In this document: piece after piece, positions 54,203-63,983 of the stretch
How positions within the stretch are numbered: position 1 is the first letter of the stretch
How the letters are laid out: every line of letters begins with the position of its first letter
The notes under the pieces: model-generated
Databases searched by the model: none
Seen by the model: the letters and a program-made list of their open reading frames with translations, nothing else
Told to the model about the DNA's origin: nothing
Position numbers and translations under genes: made by a program
Source: an uncultured Spirochaetia bacterium
GTDB lineage: Bacteria; Spirochaetota; UBA4802; UBA5368
Length of the DNA stretch: 64,000 nucleotides
Assembly: GCA_937877025.1 (NCBI GenBank)
Contig: CALEGE010000029.1
Span: 13,696 to 77,695, forward strand
Direction: 5' to 3'

Positions 54203-57200
54203 ATGGGCGATAAGGAAGAAAAAATAGAGTACACACCCGATGAATTGAGCGAGATCGACAGGATTCTCGATATTCTGCCTGATGAATCGGCCGCATTTGA
54301 AAAACCGGCGCCGCACACAGCGCCGGGAGAGGCGGGGCTGCCGGACGAAATTTCGTTTGAGGATGTCGATCTCGGCGTGATGGAGGAACCGGAAGCCGCA
54401 AAGAGCGAGGAACTGCTTGATATTACCGACCTTCTCAGTGAAGTGAAGGAGCCGGGAGAGCATCCTGTCCCGGAAATGATTGAGTTTCCCGAAGAAATAC
54501 TGGCGCCGCCCCGTGTCCCGAAAGCCGCGACCCCGCTTGATGAGCTTGAAGCGCTGACATCGCTTGAACCCGCCTCGGTCGACATGCAGGATCTGTCGAA
54601 AGATGTCTTTACCGAAGAGATTATGCCGGCGGAAGAAGCTGTTGCGCACGCCGCGGTTGAAATTCCTGAAATCAGCGAAGAGCTGCCGGAGCTTCCCGGT
54701 GAAGTGGCAATTGCGAGCGATCTCGAAGCGGATATCGGCGACCTGTCTGATATAGAATTTGGCGAGACGAAAGAAATCCCCGAGGCGCAGACGGTCGAGA
54801 TCCCGGAAATAGATCTTGGCGATATCACCCTTCCCGGCGAAGTTGAAGCGCCGCGGATGCGTGAAGCCGGCTCCCCGGCCGAGCCCACGGATGACTTTTA
54901 TGATGCGAGCATGCCGAGCCCTGTCGATTTTGACCAGCTCGAGCCAATCGAGGGAAAAGCGCCATCGGCTATGACGCCGCCGCACGATGAAGGATTTGGT
55001 GATGAAGGGATTATCGGCATACCGAAAATCGGTGAATTCGAGGAAATAGTCAAAACCGAGGAGATTCCGCACGTCGAAGAAGAATTTGCCCCTCTGCACG
55101 AGGAGCCGCCCCGAGGGGACGAGGAGGGCGGCGCAGAAGGCATCGAGCTTACCGAGAAAGAACTGAAAAAGCTGAGAGCGGCGCTTTTATTGCTTAACGC
55201 GGAGCTTCGTAAGGAAATAAAGCAGACGCTGCTGAATGATCTTCTACCTCAGAAGGATACGCGCCAGCTTGTCGACATGATCATTACCGGCAAGCCCGAG
55301 GATAACATACGGCGTTTTCTCGAAAAGAAGCTCAAAAAGAAAATCGAAATTACTGAAGAAGTGAGAGAAACAGGGCGGCGCGTTATCGCGGCCCGGCCCG
55401 AGTATACGAAAGAAGGGGCGGAGCGTCAGAAGCGTCTCATGAAGACCACAAAGGTGTTCGGCGCCGCGGCCGCGATCGCCTTTGTGCTGACGGTTCTCAG
55501 CTATCAATATATCTACAAGCCGGTCATGGCGAAGCGGATCATCCAGCAGGGTGTGGCGCTTATCCGCGAGCCGGGCGATCCTGTGACAAAAAAGGTGCAG
55601 GATTACAACAAGGCCGAGCAGCTGTTTAGAAAAGTTGACAAGGATTATGTAAAAGATTATATCCCCGGCTACAACGCGTACGCGCGTGCGTATTTCGATA
55701 AAAAGGAATACGATCTTGCGCGCAGAAAGCTTGAAAAGGCGCTTTCGCTCGACCCGGTCAGCATAGAAACGCTCAACAATCTCGGGTATTTCTATTCCAG
55801 AATCCCCGACAGCTATTACGAACGCATCAGGCCGTCTGGATCGACCGAAACACGGCTCGACACCGCGATTAAATATTACCGCTATGTGCTCAATCGCAAG
55901 CCGAACGATGTGACGGCAATGTACGGGATAGGCAACGCATACCTCTATCAGGGCCAGCATCTGAAGGCGCGCCAGTATTTTGAGGACATCGTTCGTGTCG
56001 ATCCGAAGTCGATTGTTGGCTATTCGGGGCTGATTAATCTGTACATTGAGCGCGACGCGCTGGACCAGGTGTTATCGATCCATGCGCACCTCGTCGACAA
56101 GAAGATGCTTGAGGAAACGCCGTCGGCCCTGCTTGGCAAGCTTGCCGTATATTATCTTGGCAAGAAGCGTACCGATTCGACGAACATCCGCATCGATTAC
56201 GGCATACAATCGTCAAAGTATAAAGACCTCAGCGACAATCCGTATCCCGTGGTGCGTTCCGTGCTCGACGCGCTGCACCGCCGCGATCCCGGCTATCCGC
56301 CACAGTATCTGCTCTACGCGAAGCTGAGCCAGGAACAGAAAAATCTGGCGCTCATGGATAACTATCTCAAAAAGGCGCTCAAGCTCGAGCCGAACTATTT
56401 TGCCGCCCTGCACATGCTGGGAGAATATCATTACCTTGTCAAGGAGCCGGTCAAGGCGTACGAATATTTCAAAAAAGCAGTTAAGGCCAGCCTTTCGCCT
56501 CCGGAATTTACGTTCGAGGATTTCTACTTTGAAACGGAAAGCGTGGGCAAAACATATTATTATATGGGCAACATATTCTATTATTTCTTCGATAAAGTGA
56601 GATATCGCTTCGGTGACGAGCTCGAGGAAGAGGAGCTTGATGCCGACGTGGAAGAACAGGCGAATTACGAAATAGCCCGCACAAAATATGAGATGGCGTT
56701 GAAAGAAGGGTACGAATCGCCGGAGCTGTCGTACAATCTCGGCAGGATATACTACATGGCGGGACAGTACGAGAGGGCGCTCGATCGGTGGCTCAGCCTG
56801 TACGAGGATTTTGTATCCGAGCCGGAGATCATGTTTGCCCTCGGCAACGCTTTCTATCATCTCGACAATTTCGAGGCAAGCAGGGGCGAATACCTCAAGC
56901 TTATTTCCCTCTTCGAACGGGATGCGGAGGGCATCAGGACGGTAGTGCCCGACAGGAAGGATCATATCAAGATTTTTCAGAGCCTGTCGTCGGCGTACAA
57001 TAACCTTGGCGCGATCTACCAGCGCAAAAACAACGAAACGCGCAGCAGCGTAAGTTACTGGAAGGCCATCGATTATGCGAAGCGTATTGAGCGCGAAAAC
57101 GAATTTGCCCGCGTCAACCTCGGGCGCGCGTTCAAACAGCGGAGCGAGCCCATATTGCCGATACTTGACGAAAACATTCCCTACAGCATCGGCGTCTACA

Positions 57201-57217
57201 GCGCGTCAATGCGCTGA
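54203..57217 (+). CDS. Large (1004 aa) protein: acidic Glu/Pro-rich N-terminal region, central TM helix, C-terminal multi-TPR domain
   Basis: ~420 aa of low-complexity acidic sequence (EIPE/EELPE-type repeats). TM (VFGAAAAIAFVLTVLSY). Then >10 TPR-like repeats. Confidence 0.7.
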   Translation: MGDKEEKIEYTPDELSEIDRILDILPDESAAFEKPAPHTAPGEAGLPDEISFEDVDLGVMEEPEAAKSEELLDITDLLSEVKEPGEHPVPEMIEFPEEILAPPRVPKAATPLDELEALTSLEPASVDMQDLSKDVFTEEIMPAEEAVAHAAVEIPEISEELPELPGEVAIASDLEADIGDLSDIEFGETKEIPEAQTVEIPEIDLGDITLPGEVEAPRMREAGSPAEPTDDFYDASMPSPVDFDQLEPIEGKAPSAMTPPHDEGFGDEGIIGIPKIGEFEEIVKTEEIPHVEEEFAPLHEEPPRGDEEGGAEGIELTEKELKKLRAALLLLNAELRKEIKQTLLNDLLPQKDTRQLVDMIITGKPEDNIRRFLEKKLKKKIEITEEVRETGRRVIAARPEYTKEGAERQKRLMKTTKVFGAAAAIAFVLTVLSYQYIYKPVMAKRIIQQGVALIREPGDPVTKKVQDYNKAEQLFRKVDKDYVKDYIPGYNAYARAYFDKKEYDLARRKLEKALSLDPVSIETLNNLGYFYSRIPDSYYERIRPSGSTETRLDTAIKYYRYVLNRKPNDVTAMYGIGNAYLYQGQHLKARQYFEDIVRVDPKSIVGYSGLINLYIERDALDQVLSIHAHLVDKKMLEETPSALLGKLAVYYLGKKRTDSTNIRIDYGIQSSKYKDLSDNPYPVVRSVLDALHRRDPGYPPQYLLYAKLSQEQKNLALMDNYLKKALKLEPNYFAALHMLGEYHYLVKEPVKAYEYFKKAVKASLSPPEFTFEDFYFETESVGKTYYYMGNIFYYFFDKVRYRFGDELEEEELDADVEEQANYEIARTKYEMALKEGYESPELSYNLGRIYYMAGQYERALDRWLSLYEDFVSEPEIMFALGNAFYHLDNFEASRGEYLKLISLFERDAEGIRTVVPDRKDHIKIFQSLSSAYNNLGAIYQRKNNETRSSVSYWKAIDYAKRIERENEFARVNLGRAFKQRSEPILPILDENIPYSIGVYSASMR

Positions 57218-57309
57218 TGTGCGCGCATTGACGTTTTCTTATGCCGGGGCTCTGACCCCTTGCGACAGTTAATGATATGGCCGGCGACATAACCCCCTGG
57301 CTCCCTTTC

Positions 57310-58536
57310 TTATAAGGAGGCGCCCGCAGGGCGGGGGATTGCCTTTGCCAGCAGCGCAAGCGTCACGAGCGAAATGAGAACCCCGGCCGCGAAGAGGCTG
57401 GAGTAGCCCATCCGTTCGGCAAGCAGTCCCGATACCCACGCGCCTGGCGATTTTCCCAGCACCTCGACGCAGGCGAGTATCGTATAGTGCGTGGCGCCGA
57501 TCTCTCTGTTGACCCGCGACATCATGTAGGCGAACATGGCCGTGGTAAGCATGCCGCCGAAGAAGTGTTCGGCCAGCGTTACGCCGATTACCTGCGCCGC
57601 GCCGGGATGCAACAGCGTGAGGCGCCACTCGAGCGCAAGCGGAATGATGCGCAGCAGCGCGGCGATCGCAAGCCCGCGGAACACGGAAAGCCGCGATGAG
57701 CAGTAACCGCCGAAAAGCGAGCCCGCCAGCGACGCCGCCATCCCGTAGGTGCCCAGCCACAGGCCGATCTGCGCGGCGGAAAAGCCGCTGTCGACGAGAA
57801 ACGGCTTGAACATAGCGTCGATCATCACCTCGCCGGTCTTGTACGTGGCAATAAACGCCATCAGCCACCACGCGCCGGGGAGCGCGAATGCGGCGCGTAC
57901 TTTCGATAGTATAATTCCGAGGCTCTGACCCCCGGCACCGGCCGCCGCGTGCCGCCCTTCGCGATAGAAAAGCAGCGGGAGTACTGGCAAAAACGCAAGT
58001 GTCCCCATGATGAGAAAAAGGCCGCGCCAGCCGGTCCATGCAGATAGCCATACGAGGAGGCCGCCGCTTATCAGCATGCCGGCCTTGTAACCCACCACCT
58101 GCGCGGCGTTGCCGGGGCCAAGCTCGCGCGGGCCCAGCATGTCAACGGCGAGGCCGTCTACGGCGATGTCCTGCGTAGCGGCGATAAGGTTAACGGCGAA
58201 CACGGATATAAGGAGACATGTCATCTCTGTTGCCGGATCGAATGCGGAGGCGGTGAAGATGACTGCCACCATGAGCAACTGCAGGGGAAGAATCCACGAT
58301 TTGCGCATGCCGATAGAAGGCGAACCGAACCGGTCGACCAGCGGTGACCAGAGAAATTTCAGCATCCATGGCAGCGCGAGCGCCCCGGTAAAGCCGATAG
58401 CGGTGAGCGATACGCCGCACGTGCGCAGGTATACCGGCAATGCTATCGACTGGAAGCCAAATGGCAGGCCCTGCGACATGTAGAGCAGAAAAAGGATGCC
58501 GATCTTTACAGACGGACGCGCAGGCGGATGTGTCAT
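57310..58536 (-). CDS. ampG: AmpG-family MFS permease (muropeptide/lysophospholipid transporter-like)
   Basis: LPWMLKFLWSPLVDRFG motif and 12-14 TM helices. Start taken at M48 of the ORF-track protein, because the upstream part overlaps the DUF3795-like gene. Confidence 0.7.
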   Translation of the reverse strand: MTHPPARPSVKIGILFLLYMSQGLPFGFQSIALPVYLRTCGVSLTAIGFTGALALPWMLKFLWSPLVDRFGSPSIGMRKSWILPLQLLMVAVIFTASAFDPATEMTCLLISVFAVNLIAATQDIAVDGLAVDMLGPRELGPGNAAQVVGYKAGMLISGGLLVWLSAWTGWRGLFLIMGTLAFLPVLPLLFYREGRHAAAGAGGQSLGIILSKVRAAFALPGAWWLMAFIATYKTGEVMIDAMFKPFLVDSGFSAAQIGLWLGTYGMAASLAGSLFGGYCSSRLSVFRGLAIAALLRIIPLALEWRLTLLHPGAAQVIGVTLAEHFFGGMLTTAMFAYMMSRVNREIGATHYTILACVEVLGKSPGAWVSGLLAERMGYSSLFAAGVLISLVTLALLAKAIPRPAGASL

Positions 58537-58546
58537 GGATATCGCG

Positions 58547-58903
58547 TTATCGCCGTATCGTTTGCAGGCCCTTCGAGGCCATGTCGACGGCAAATGCGTC
58601 GTAGCCGTGCCGCTGAATAAGTCGTATGCATTCTGAGCGGTTTGAGCGCAAAAGAAATCCGATGACCTTTGCGACAAAATTGTTGTAGGTTCCGCAGGCG
58701 TTTACGTCGGTATACGTTGAACAGTCGGCGCAGCTTTTGTATTCGTGTTCGATGCAGCACGAGCGTATGCCGCACCATGACGCGGCGTTGTTGCCGGCGC
58801 ATCCGGGGCATTTTCCCAGTCGATATTTTTTACATGCGCCGCAATAAAGTCCGCAGTATGCGATCTGTTTTGTATCGGCGGTGATTTGTTTCATGACAGT
58901 CAC
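58547..58903 (-). CDS. Cys-rich DUF3795-like small protein
   Basis: Multiple CxxC pairs (CGLYCGACKKY, CPGCAG, CADCSTY) in 118 aa. 10 nt upstream of ampG. Confidence 0.4.
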   Translation of the reverse strand: MTVMKQITADTKQIAYCGLYCGACKKYRLGKCPGCAGNNAASWCGIRSCCIEHEYKSCADCSTYTDVNACGTYNNFVAKVIGFLLRSNRSECIRLIQRHGYDAFAVDMASKGLQTIRR

Positions 58904-58918
58904 TCCATGGTAAAATGA

Positions 58919-59785
58919 TTATATTTTTTCGCCCAGACCATACCGCTGCGGGGCGTTTGTGTAATATCCTCGCATCTCGCCCGAAACCTTCGCGAGCGCC
59001 TTTACCCTGTTTCCATCGGCAGGGTGCGTCGAGAGAAACTCTGGCGTCTTCGTCCCGCCAAGCTTTATCATTTTCTTCCAGAACGCCGTCGCCGCGTCGG
59101 GATCATATCCGGATTTTGCCATCAGCATGGTGCCGGTGCGGTCGGCCTCGTATTCGTGTTTTCTGCTGAACGGCAGCAACACGCCGACATTCGAAATTCC
59201 GCCGAATGCGAGCATATACAGGGCTCTGTTTTGCGATGTTTCCGTCATCGATTCGAGCATCGTGCCGAGCGCCTGAATGACCAGGCCCTGGCTCATGCGC
59301 TCGCCCCCGTGGCGAAGCACTGCGTGTGCTATCTCGTGGCCCATAACCGCCGCGATCTCGGCCTCGTTGTCGAAGAGCTTCATTATCCCGGTATAAAAAA
59401 CGATTTTACCGCCGGGGAGGCACCATGCGTTGATTTCCTTCGATTCGACAACCTCGAATTCCCACGCGTAATCCGGCCTGTTCGCGGCGGCCGCCAGGCG
59501 CGTGCCGACCCGCGTCACGAGATCGATATAGGCGCGGTTTGACGAAGGTGTCGCTTTGCCCATAAACTCTTTGTACGATTCAGCGCCCATGGCGTTTTCT
59601 TGCTGCTCGGTTGTCAGCATGAGGCGTTTTCTGCCGGTATATGGCGTGGCGGAACATGCCATGATAAAAAGCATGGCAGCGAGCGGGATGCCGAGCGCCC
59701 GGACACGGCGGTTGTTTAAACGATGTGCCATTGCGGTTCTCCTTGTTTCAACGAAACTTGTATGGATAGAATCTTCGAGTTTCAT
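58919..59785 (-). CDS. M48-family Zn-metallopeptidase (lipoprotein-type, BepA/YcaL-like)
   Basis: HEIAHAVLRH (HExxH) plus a downstream E...EAD. Signal peptide with Cys (FIMACSA). Confidence 0.8.
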   Translation of the reverse strand: MKLEDSIHTSFVETRRTAMAHRLNNRRVRALGIPLAAMLFIMACSATPYTGRKRLMLTTEQQENAMGAESYKEFMGKATPSSNRAYIDLVTRVGTRLAAAANRPDYAWEFEVVESKEINAWCLPGGKIVFYTGIMKLFDNEAEIAAVMGHEIAHAVLRHGGERMSQGLVIQALGTMLESMTETSQNRALYMLAFGGISNVGVLLPFSRKHEYEADRTGTMLMAKSGYDPDAATAFWKKMIKLGGTKTPEFLSTHPADGNRVKALAKVSGEMRGYYTNAPQRYGLGEKI

Positions 59786-59997
59786 GTCTGCGGGACAGTC
59801 CGCATGATATGGGCAGTATACGACAACAGTGTGAGATTTTCAAATCATTTTGCCGGCACGTTGCGCGGTAAAAACCGGGATGTTAGCCGGCCGAGTATCG
59901 ATCTTTAAAAAATACTTGAATTTTGCGCCGTAATCTGTATTATGTCACGTATACGAAAAGATGCATTCAACACTAACGTAATCCAGACATTATGAAG

Positions 59998-60026
59998 ATA
60001 ACAGGCTCCGGTACGGAGCTTTTTGC
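59998..60026 (+). terminator. Terminator-like hairpin + T-tract 65 nt upstream of rapA (leader/attenuator or sRNA 3' end)
   Basis: GCTCCG-gta-CGGAGC followed by TTTTTG. A 23-codon ORF (ATG 59991) spans it. Confidence 0.35.
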
Positions 60027-60089
60027 GGTATGCGGTCCGGTTGTACGCCGGCGCGCACAGTGAACCAATTATAACCAGCGAGGGCTGAA

Positions 60090-62921
60090 TTGACTGAACG
60101 GAACGTGGCATGCCTGGATGCCGACCTTTTTTCATATAACGCTGACAACGCCGTGGGCAGGCTTGCGGCGATAGAGGGCGAGGACGCCGTGTTTCGCGCC
60201 TTCATGGAGCGCGATATCGCGCTCGATCGCCGTTTCGAGCTTACAACGGAGGCATATGCCCTGCGGCTTGCCTATGCGAACAATAAAATCCTGTCGCTGT
60301 CGAATTCGCGTACACGGATACTCGCCCACCAGGTGGAAAGCACGCACCGTATTGTGAATGCGCTCCAGCAGCGCTTTCTCCTCGCTGACGAGGTCGGTCT
60401 CGGGAAAACAATTGAGGCGGGCCTCGTGATCAAGGAGTTGGTGTATCGTTACGCGTATAAAAAAATCCTCATCGTCTGCCCTGCGTCGCTTACAATACAG
60501 TGGCAGCACGAAATGGAAAACAAGTTTAACGAAACGTTCGTGCTGCTCGACAGGAGGCGCATGAAATCTTCCGACAGGGGCGCGTCTGCGGGCGCGAACC
60601 CATGGAATGTGCATGACCGCGTTATTTGCTCGCTCGATTTTATCAAGAACGCCGCGTTCAGGGACGCTCTCAAACGAAGCCGCTGGGACGCGGTGATCTT
60701 CGACGAGGCGCACAGGTTGCGGCGCGATTCTCTGAAAAGTACGCTCGCGTACAACGCGGCGGAGATTATCGCGAAAAATACGAAAGCGTTGCTTTTGCTG
60801 ACCGCGACGCCGTTCCGGGGCAAGCTGGAGGAGCTCTATTATCTGATCCGCCTGATCGACGAGAATCTCCTGGGGCCGTACCAGAGTTTTTACAACGAAT
60901 ACTGTGTCGAAGGCGCCGATCTTTCGGGGCTGCGGTCGAAGTTGTCGCCTGTTCTCATCCGGCGGACGAAGAAGGAGGTGGGCGGCTTTACCGCGCGCCA
61001 TGCGAAGACGGTGCGGTTCGATCTTTATCCGGAAGAGCGCAATCTCTACGACGCGACAACACGATATGTCGTGGAGGAATTTAACCGCGCGCTCCAGACG
61101 GAAAACAGGGCCGTGGGATTTGTCATGACGGTGTTTCAGAAGCTGCTGGATTCGTCGTCCTTCGCGTTGCTGTCGGCGCTTGTGAACAGGCGCAACAACC
61201 TGGCCGCCATGCTTGAAAGGGCGGAACGAAAAAATCTCGATGCGTGCGGGTGTCCCGATGAGCTGGACGTTGATGCAATGGATATCGACGATTCGGAGGA
61301 TGTCGATGAGCTGGTGATGCTGTCGCTGCAAAAAACCGTGGAAGAGCTGCGCGAGGAGATTGCCACGCTCGAATCGCTTATCGGCATCGCAAAGTCGATC
61401 GAGCGCAACAAGAAAGGGGAAAAACTGCGCGAGCTTCTCCGCGGGTTGATCACGGGGAAGGGCAAAAAGGTCGTTATCTTCACCCAGTTCAGAACCACCC
61501 AGGACTACCTGTGCGGTCTTCTGTCGGATTATTCCGTTGTGCCGTTCAACGGTTCGATGGATCGGGATCGCAAAGAGGAGGCCATCCAGTCGTTTCGCGA
61601 CGGGGCTGACGTGCTGATATGCACCGAGGCCGGCGGTGAGGGCAGAAACATGCAGTTCTGCAACATTCTGATCAATTACGACCTTCCGTGGTCGCCGCTG
61701 AAGGTGGAACAGCGCATCGGGCGCGTCCACCGTTTCGGGCAGCCGTACGACGTGTATATCTACAACTTCGCTACGAGGGACACCGTCGCGGAGAGGGTGC
61801 TCGAGGTGCTGACGCGCAAGCTGAAGCTCTTTGAGGAATCGATCGGCGTGCCCGACGTGCTTCTCGGGCAGATGGAGGACGAGCTGAATCTCACGGCGCT
61901 GTTTATGGAAGCGGCCGCGGGCGGAAAAAGCAAAAAGGCGATGATGGCGGAGGTCGACGAAAAGATAAAAAACGCGCGACGGAGCTATGAGAAGCTTTCC
62001 GAGCTTACCGTTGCGCGGAACATGGATTTCAACTACGACGAGTATTACGCGATTACCATGAAGGAGCGGCAGTTTTCCAACAGGCGCATTGAAAGCTTTG
62101 TCAACCGCCTCAGGGACGCCGATCAGGAAACGGCAAAGCTCATCGGTCCGAAAAACAGGCGCAACGGGCTGTACGCGGTGAAAGGGCTTTCCGGCGATGG
62201 GGTGCGGCGGTTCGGCACGTTCGATTCGCGCATTGCCCTCGATAACGAAAGCCTGGAGTTTCTCGCGTTTGGGCACCCGCTTGTCGACCACCTGTTTTGC
62301 CGGTGCGAGTCGGAGAGCTTTGGCGGCGTGACGGGAATACGGATAATCCGGCATCATACGGCGTTTACCGGAATGCTGTTCAATTATCTTGTTACCTACG
62401 AGGGGTGGAGCGTGACTCGGGAGTTGCTGCCGGTTGCCGTCGATATAGACGAGATGGCCGACGATCCGGAACTCGAAGAGATCGAGCGCGAAACCATCTA
62501 CCAGGAGGGGCTTGACGCGGCGGCTGCCGCTGCCGCATTACATGGCGTCATCGGGGATATTCGAAGCAATGCTGAAGAGCTTTTTGCGCGCGCCGGGGAG
62601 CGGGCGCAGCGGCTGGCGCAGCGGCGGGCGATGGAGATATCGGAAACGCTCGATCTATCCATCGATCCCGAGCTTGAGAAAATACGCGACGCAAGCGGGA
62701 AGCGCCTGCGCGAACTTGCCGAGCAGATGGACCGCCAGGAATGCCAGAAAAAGTGGTTTGGAAGGGACATGAAAAGCGCCCTCAGCCGCACGCGAAACGA
62801 AATCGCGAGGATCGAGAAAGAAAGAGAATTGCTGACGCAGCGTTACACACGCTCACGCAACGTGCGGTACGCTGTTCAGCTGATCAATGCGGGAATCATT
62901 ATCGCGGTCACCGGTGAGTGA
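60090..62921 (+). CDS. rapA: RNA polymerase-associated SNF2-family ATPase RapA (HepA-like)
   Basis: Motif I LLADEVGLGKTIEAG (near-identical to E. coli RapA), DEAH-box FDEAHRLR, helicase C motifs. 943 aa. Confidence 0.85.
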   Translation: MTERNVACLDADLFSYNADNAVGRLAAIEGEDAVFRAFMERDIALDRRFELTTEAYALRLAYANNKILSLSNSRTRILAHQVESTHRIVNALQQRFLLADEVGLGKTIEAGLVIKELVYRYAYKKILIVCPASLTIQWQHEMENKFNETFVLLDRRRMKSSDRGASAGANPWNVHDRVICSLDFIKNAAFRDALKRSRWDAVIFDEAHRLRRDSLKSTLAYNAAEIIAKNTKALLLLTATPFRGKLEELYYLIRLIDENLLGPYQSFYNEYCVEGADLSGLRSKLSPVLIRRTKKEVGGFTARHAKTVRFDLYPEERNLYDATTRYVVEEFNRALQTENRAVGFVMTVFQKLLDSSSFALLSALVNRRNNLAAMLERAERKNLDACGCPDELDVDAMDIDDSEDVDELVMLSLQKTVEELREEIATLESLIGIAKSIERNKKGEKLRELLRGLITGKGKKVVIFTQFRTTQDYLCGLLSDYSVVPFNGSMDRDRKEEAIQSFRDGADVLICTEAGGEGRNMQFCNILINYDLPWSPLKVEQRIGRVHRFGQPYDVYIYNFATRDTVAERVLEVLTRKLKLFEESIGVPDVLLGQMEDELNLTALFMEAAAGGKSKKAMMAEVDEKIKNARRSYEKLSELTVARNMDFNYDEYYAITMKERQFSNRRIESFVNRLRDADQETAKLIGPKNRRNGLYAVKGLSGDGVRRFGTFDSRIALDNESLEFLAFGHPLVDHLFCRCESESFGGVTGIRIIRHHTAFTGMLFNYLVTYEGWSVTRELLPVAVDIDEMADDPELEEIERETIYQEGLDAAAAAAALHGVIGDIRSNAEELFARAGERAQRLAQRRAMEISETLDLSIDPELEKIRDASGKRLRELAEQMDRQECQKKWFGRDMKSALSRTRNEIARIEKERELLTQRYTRSRNVRYAVQLINAGIIIAVTGE

Positions 62922-62927
62922 CGGGAA

Positions 62928-63239
62928 TTATAGCACCTTTTTGAGCAGCTTCAGGCTGTCGTTGCTCATCTTCGTAAATTCGATGCCCATGCCCGTCTTT
63001 TTGTCGGGCGCATCATCATTTCGCGTCCATCGTATAATGCCCTGTATGTTGACCGGCTGTTCGCCCGGGATATACACTTGCAGTTCGACATGGTCGCCCG
63101 ACTTCAGCGGTTCCGGCGTCGTAATGAAAATGCCGCCCTGGCTCAGGTCGGCTGTGTTGCTGAATGTCATGCCCGATGCGCTGTGAACCTCTGATTTCAG
63201 CTTCTTTTGAGTGCGCGAGGTCTTTCGTTTCTCTTGCAT
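62928..63239 (-). CDS. PilZ-domain c-di-GMP-binding protein
   Basis: RxxxR (RKTSR) and D/NxSxxG (DLSQGG) motifs with correct spacing. 103 aa. Confidence 0.75.
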   Translation of the reverse strand: MQEKRKTSRTQKKLKSEVHSASGMTFSNTADLSQGGIFITTPEPLKSGDHVELQVYIPGEQPVNIQGIIRWTRNDDAPDKKTGMGIEFTKMSNDSLKLLKKVL

Positions 63240-63383
63240 AGATCGCCCCGTGATTGGTAGTATGGCCCAAAATAATTTGGCTCATGGTATATACGTATTG
63301 ACAAATATTACAATTATTTTTTTAATAATGGCGGTATCCGGCTGCCGGGTGTCGAATATACGCGCGGGTAATGTGAACATCGA

Positions 63384-63983
63384 ATGAAGAAATCGAAACG
63401 TTTGTCCATTCTCCATCTCTATAAAAAAGCGTTATTTCCCTATTGCACCATCACAGTCCGTTCACGGCTGAAAAAATTCGGGAAACTCTCCCAGGGCGAC
63501 AGACTTATCGCACAGCCGGTGCGCGGTGCCCTGGATATCGTTTTCAATAACAGGAAGCTCGCGACGCTTGCCGAGGTTCTCGAGGTGAAATCGGATGGCG
63601 GATTTACCATGTTGCACCTGAAGGGCCTTACGCGTGTAAGGATTATCGGCGGAAACTCCGTGTTTTCGGGAATGTACGATGAAATTCCAGTAACCGGCAA
63701 CGATCGGCAGGAGCGGCTGCGCGAAGAACTTCGTAAAAAGGCGCAGGAACTGATATTCCTGATCAATGTCGACGAATCCGACAAACTTATTCATCTCCTC
63801 AACTTTATCGTGAACCTTCACCAGCTTACGGATTTTGTGTCAAATTATTTTGTGTTAAAATATCCCTCGCGCTTTACTGTGTTTAACGAAATAGATGTTG
63901 AAAAAAGGGGGCATATTCTGCTCGGTATTCTCGACGGCCTTATCGTCGAGTTGAAAAGAAAAAGCGAGAAGGAGCATCGATGA
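63384..63983 (+). CDS. Lon N-terminal (LON substrate-binding) domain-like protein, tentative
   Basis: N-terminal LSILHLYKKALFPYCTITVRS resembles the Lon N-domain start. A TTGACA-N17-TTTAAT promoter lies upstream. Confidence 0.45.
   Translation: MKKSKRLSILHLYKKALFPYCTITVRSRLKKFGKLSQGDRLIAQPVRGALDIVFNNRKLATLAEVLEVKSDGGFTMLHLKGLTRVRIIGGNSVFSGMYDEIPVTGNDRQERLREELRKKAQELIFLINVDESDKLIHLLNFIVNLHQLTDFVSNYFVLKYPSRFTVFNEIDVEKRGHILLGILDGLIVELKRKSEKEHR

Noticed and set aside
54151-55099. Ser-rich 245-aa and 305-aa minus-strand ORFs inside the TPR gene's acidic region
   Set aside because: They are mirror images of a GAA/GAG-rich coding repeat. The + strand ORF is continuous for 1004 codons.
60132-62357. 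741-aa antisense ORF inside rapA
   Set aside because: RapA motifs on the + strand are near-identical to E. coli RapA. The antisense product is an Arg/Pro-rich artefact.
60090-62921. SNF2 helicase as part of a phage-defence island (DISARM/BREX-like)
   Set aside because: Motif I and the overall layout match housekeeping RapA. No methyltransferase, PLD, DUF1998 or other defence partners are adjacent.
14333-63300. Recurrent ATTTG(A/T)CAAAT-like motif (14334, 39508, 39609, 63288) as a possible regulator binding site
   Set aside because: Each instance is simply a TTGACA sigma-70 -35 hexamer in AT-rich promoter DNA with a plausible -10 about 17 nt downstream. There is no extended conserved palindrome beyond the hexamer.
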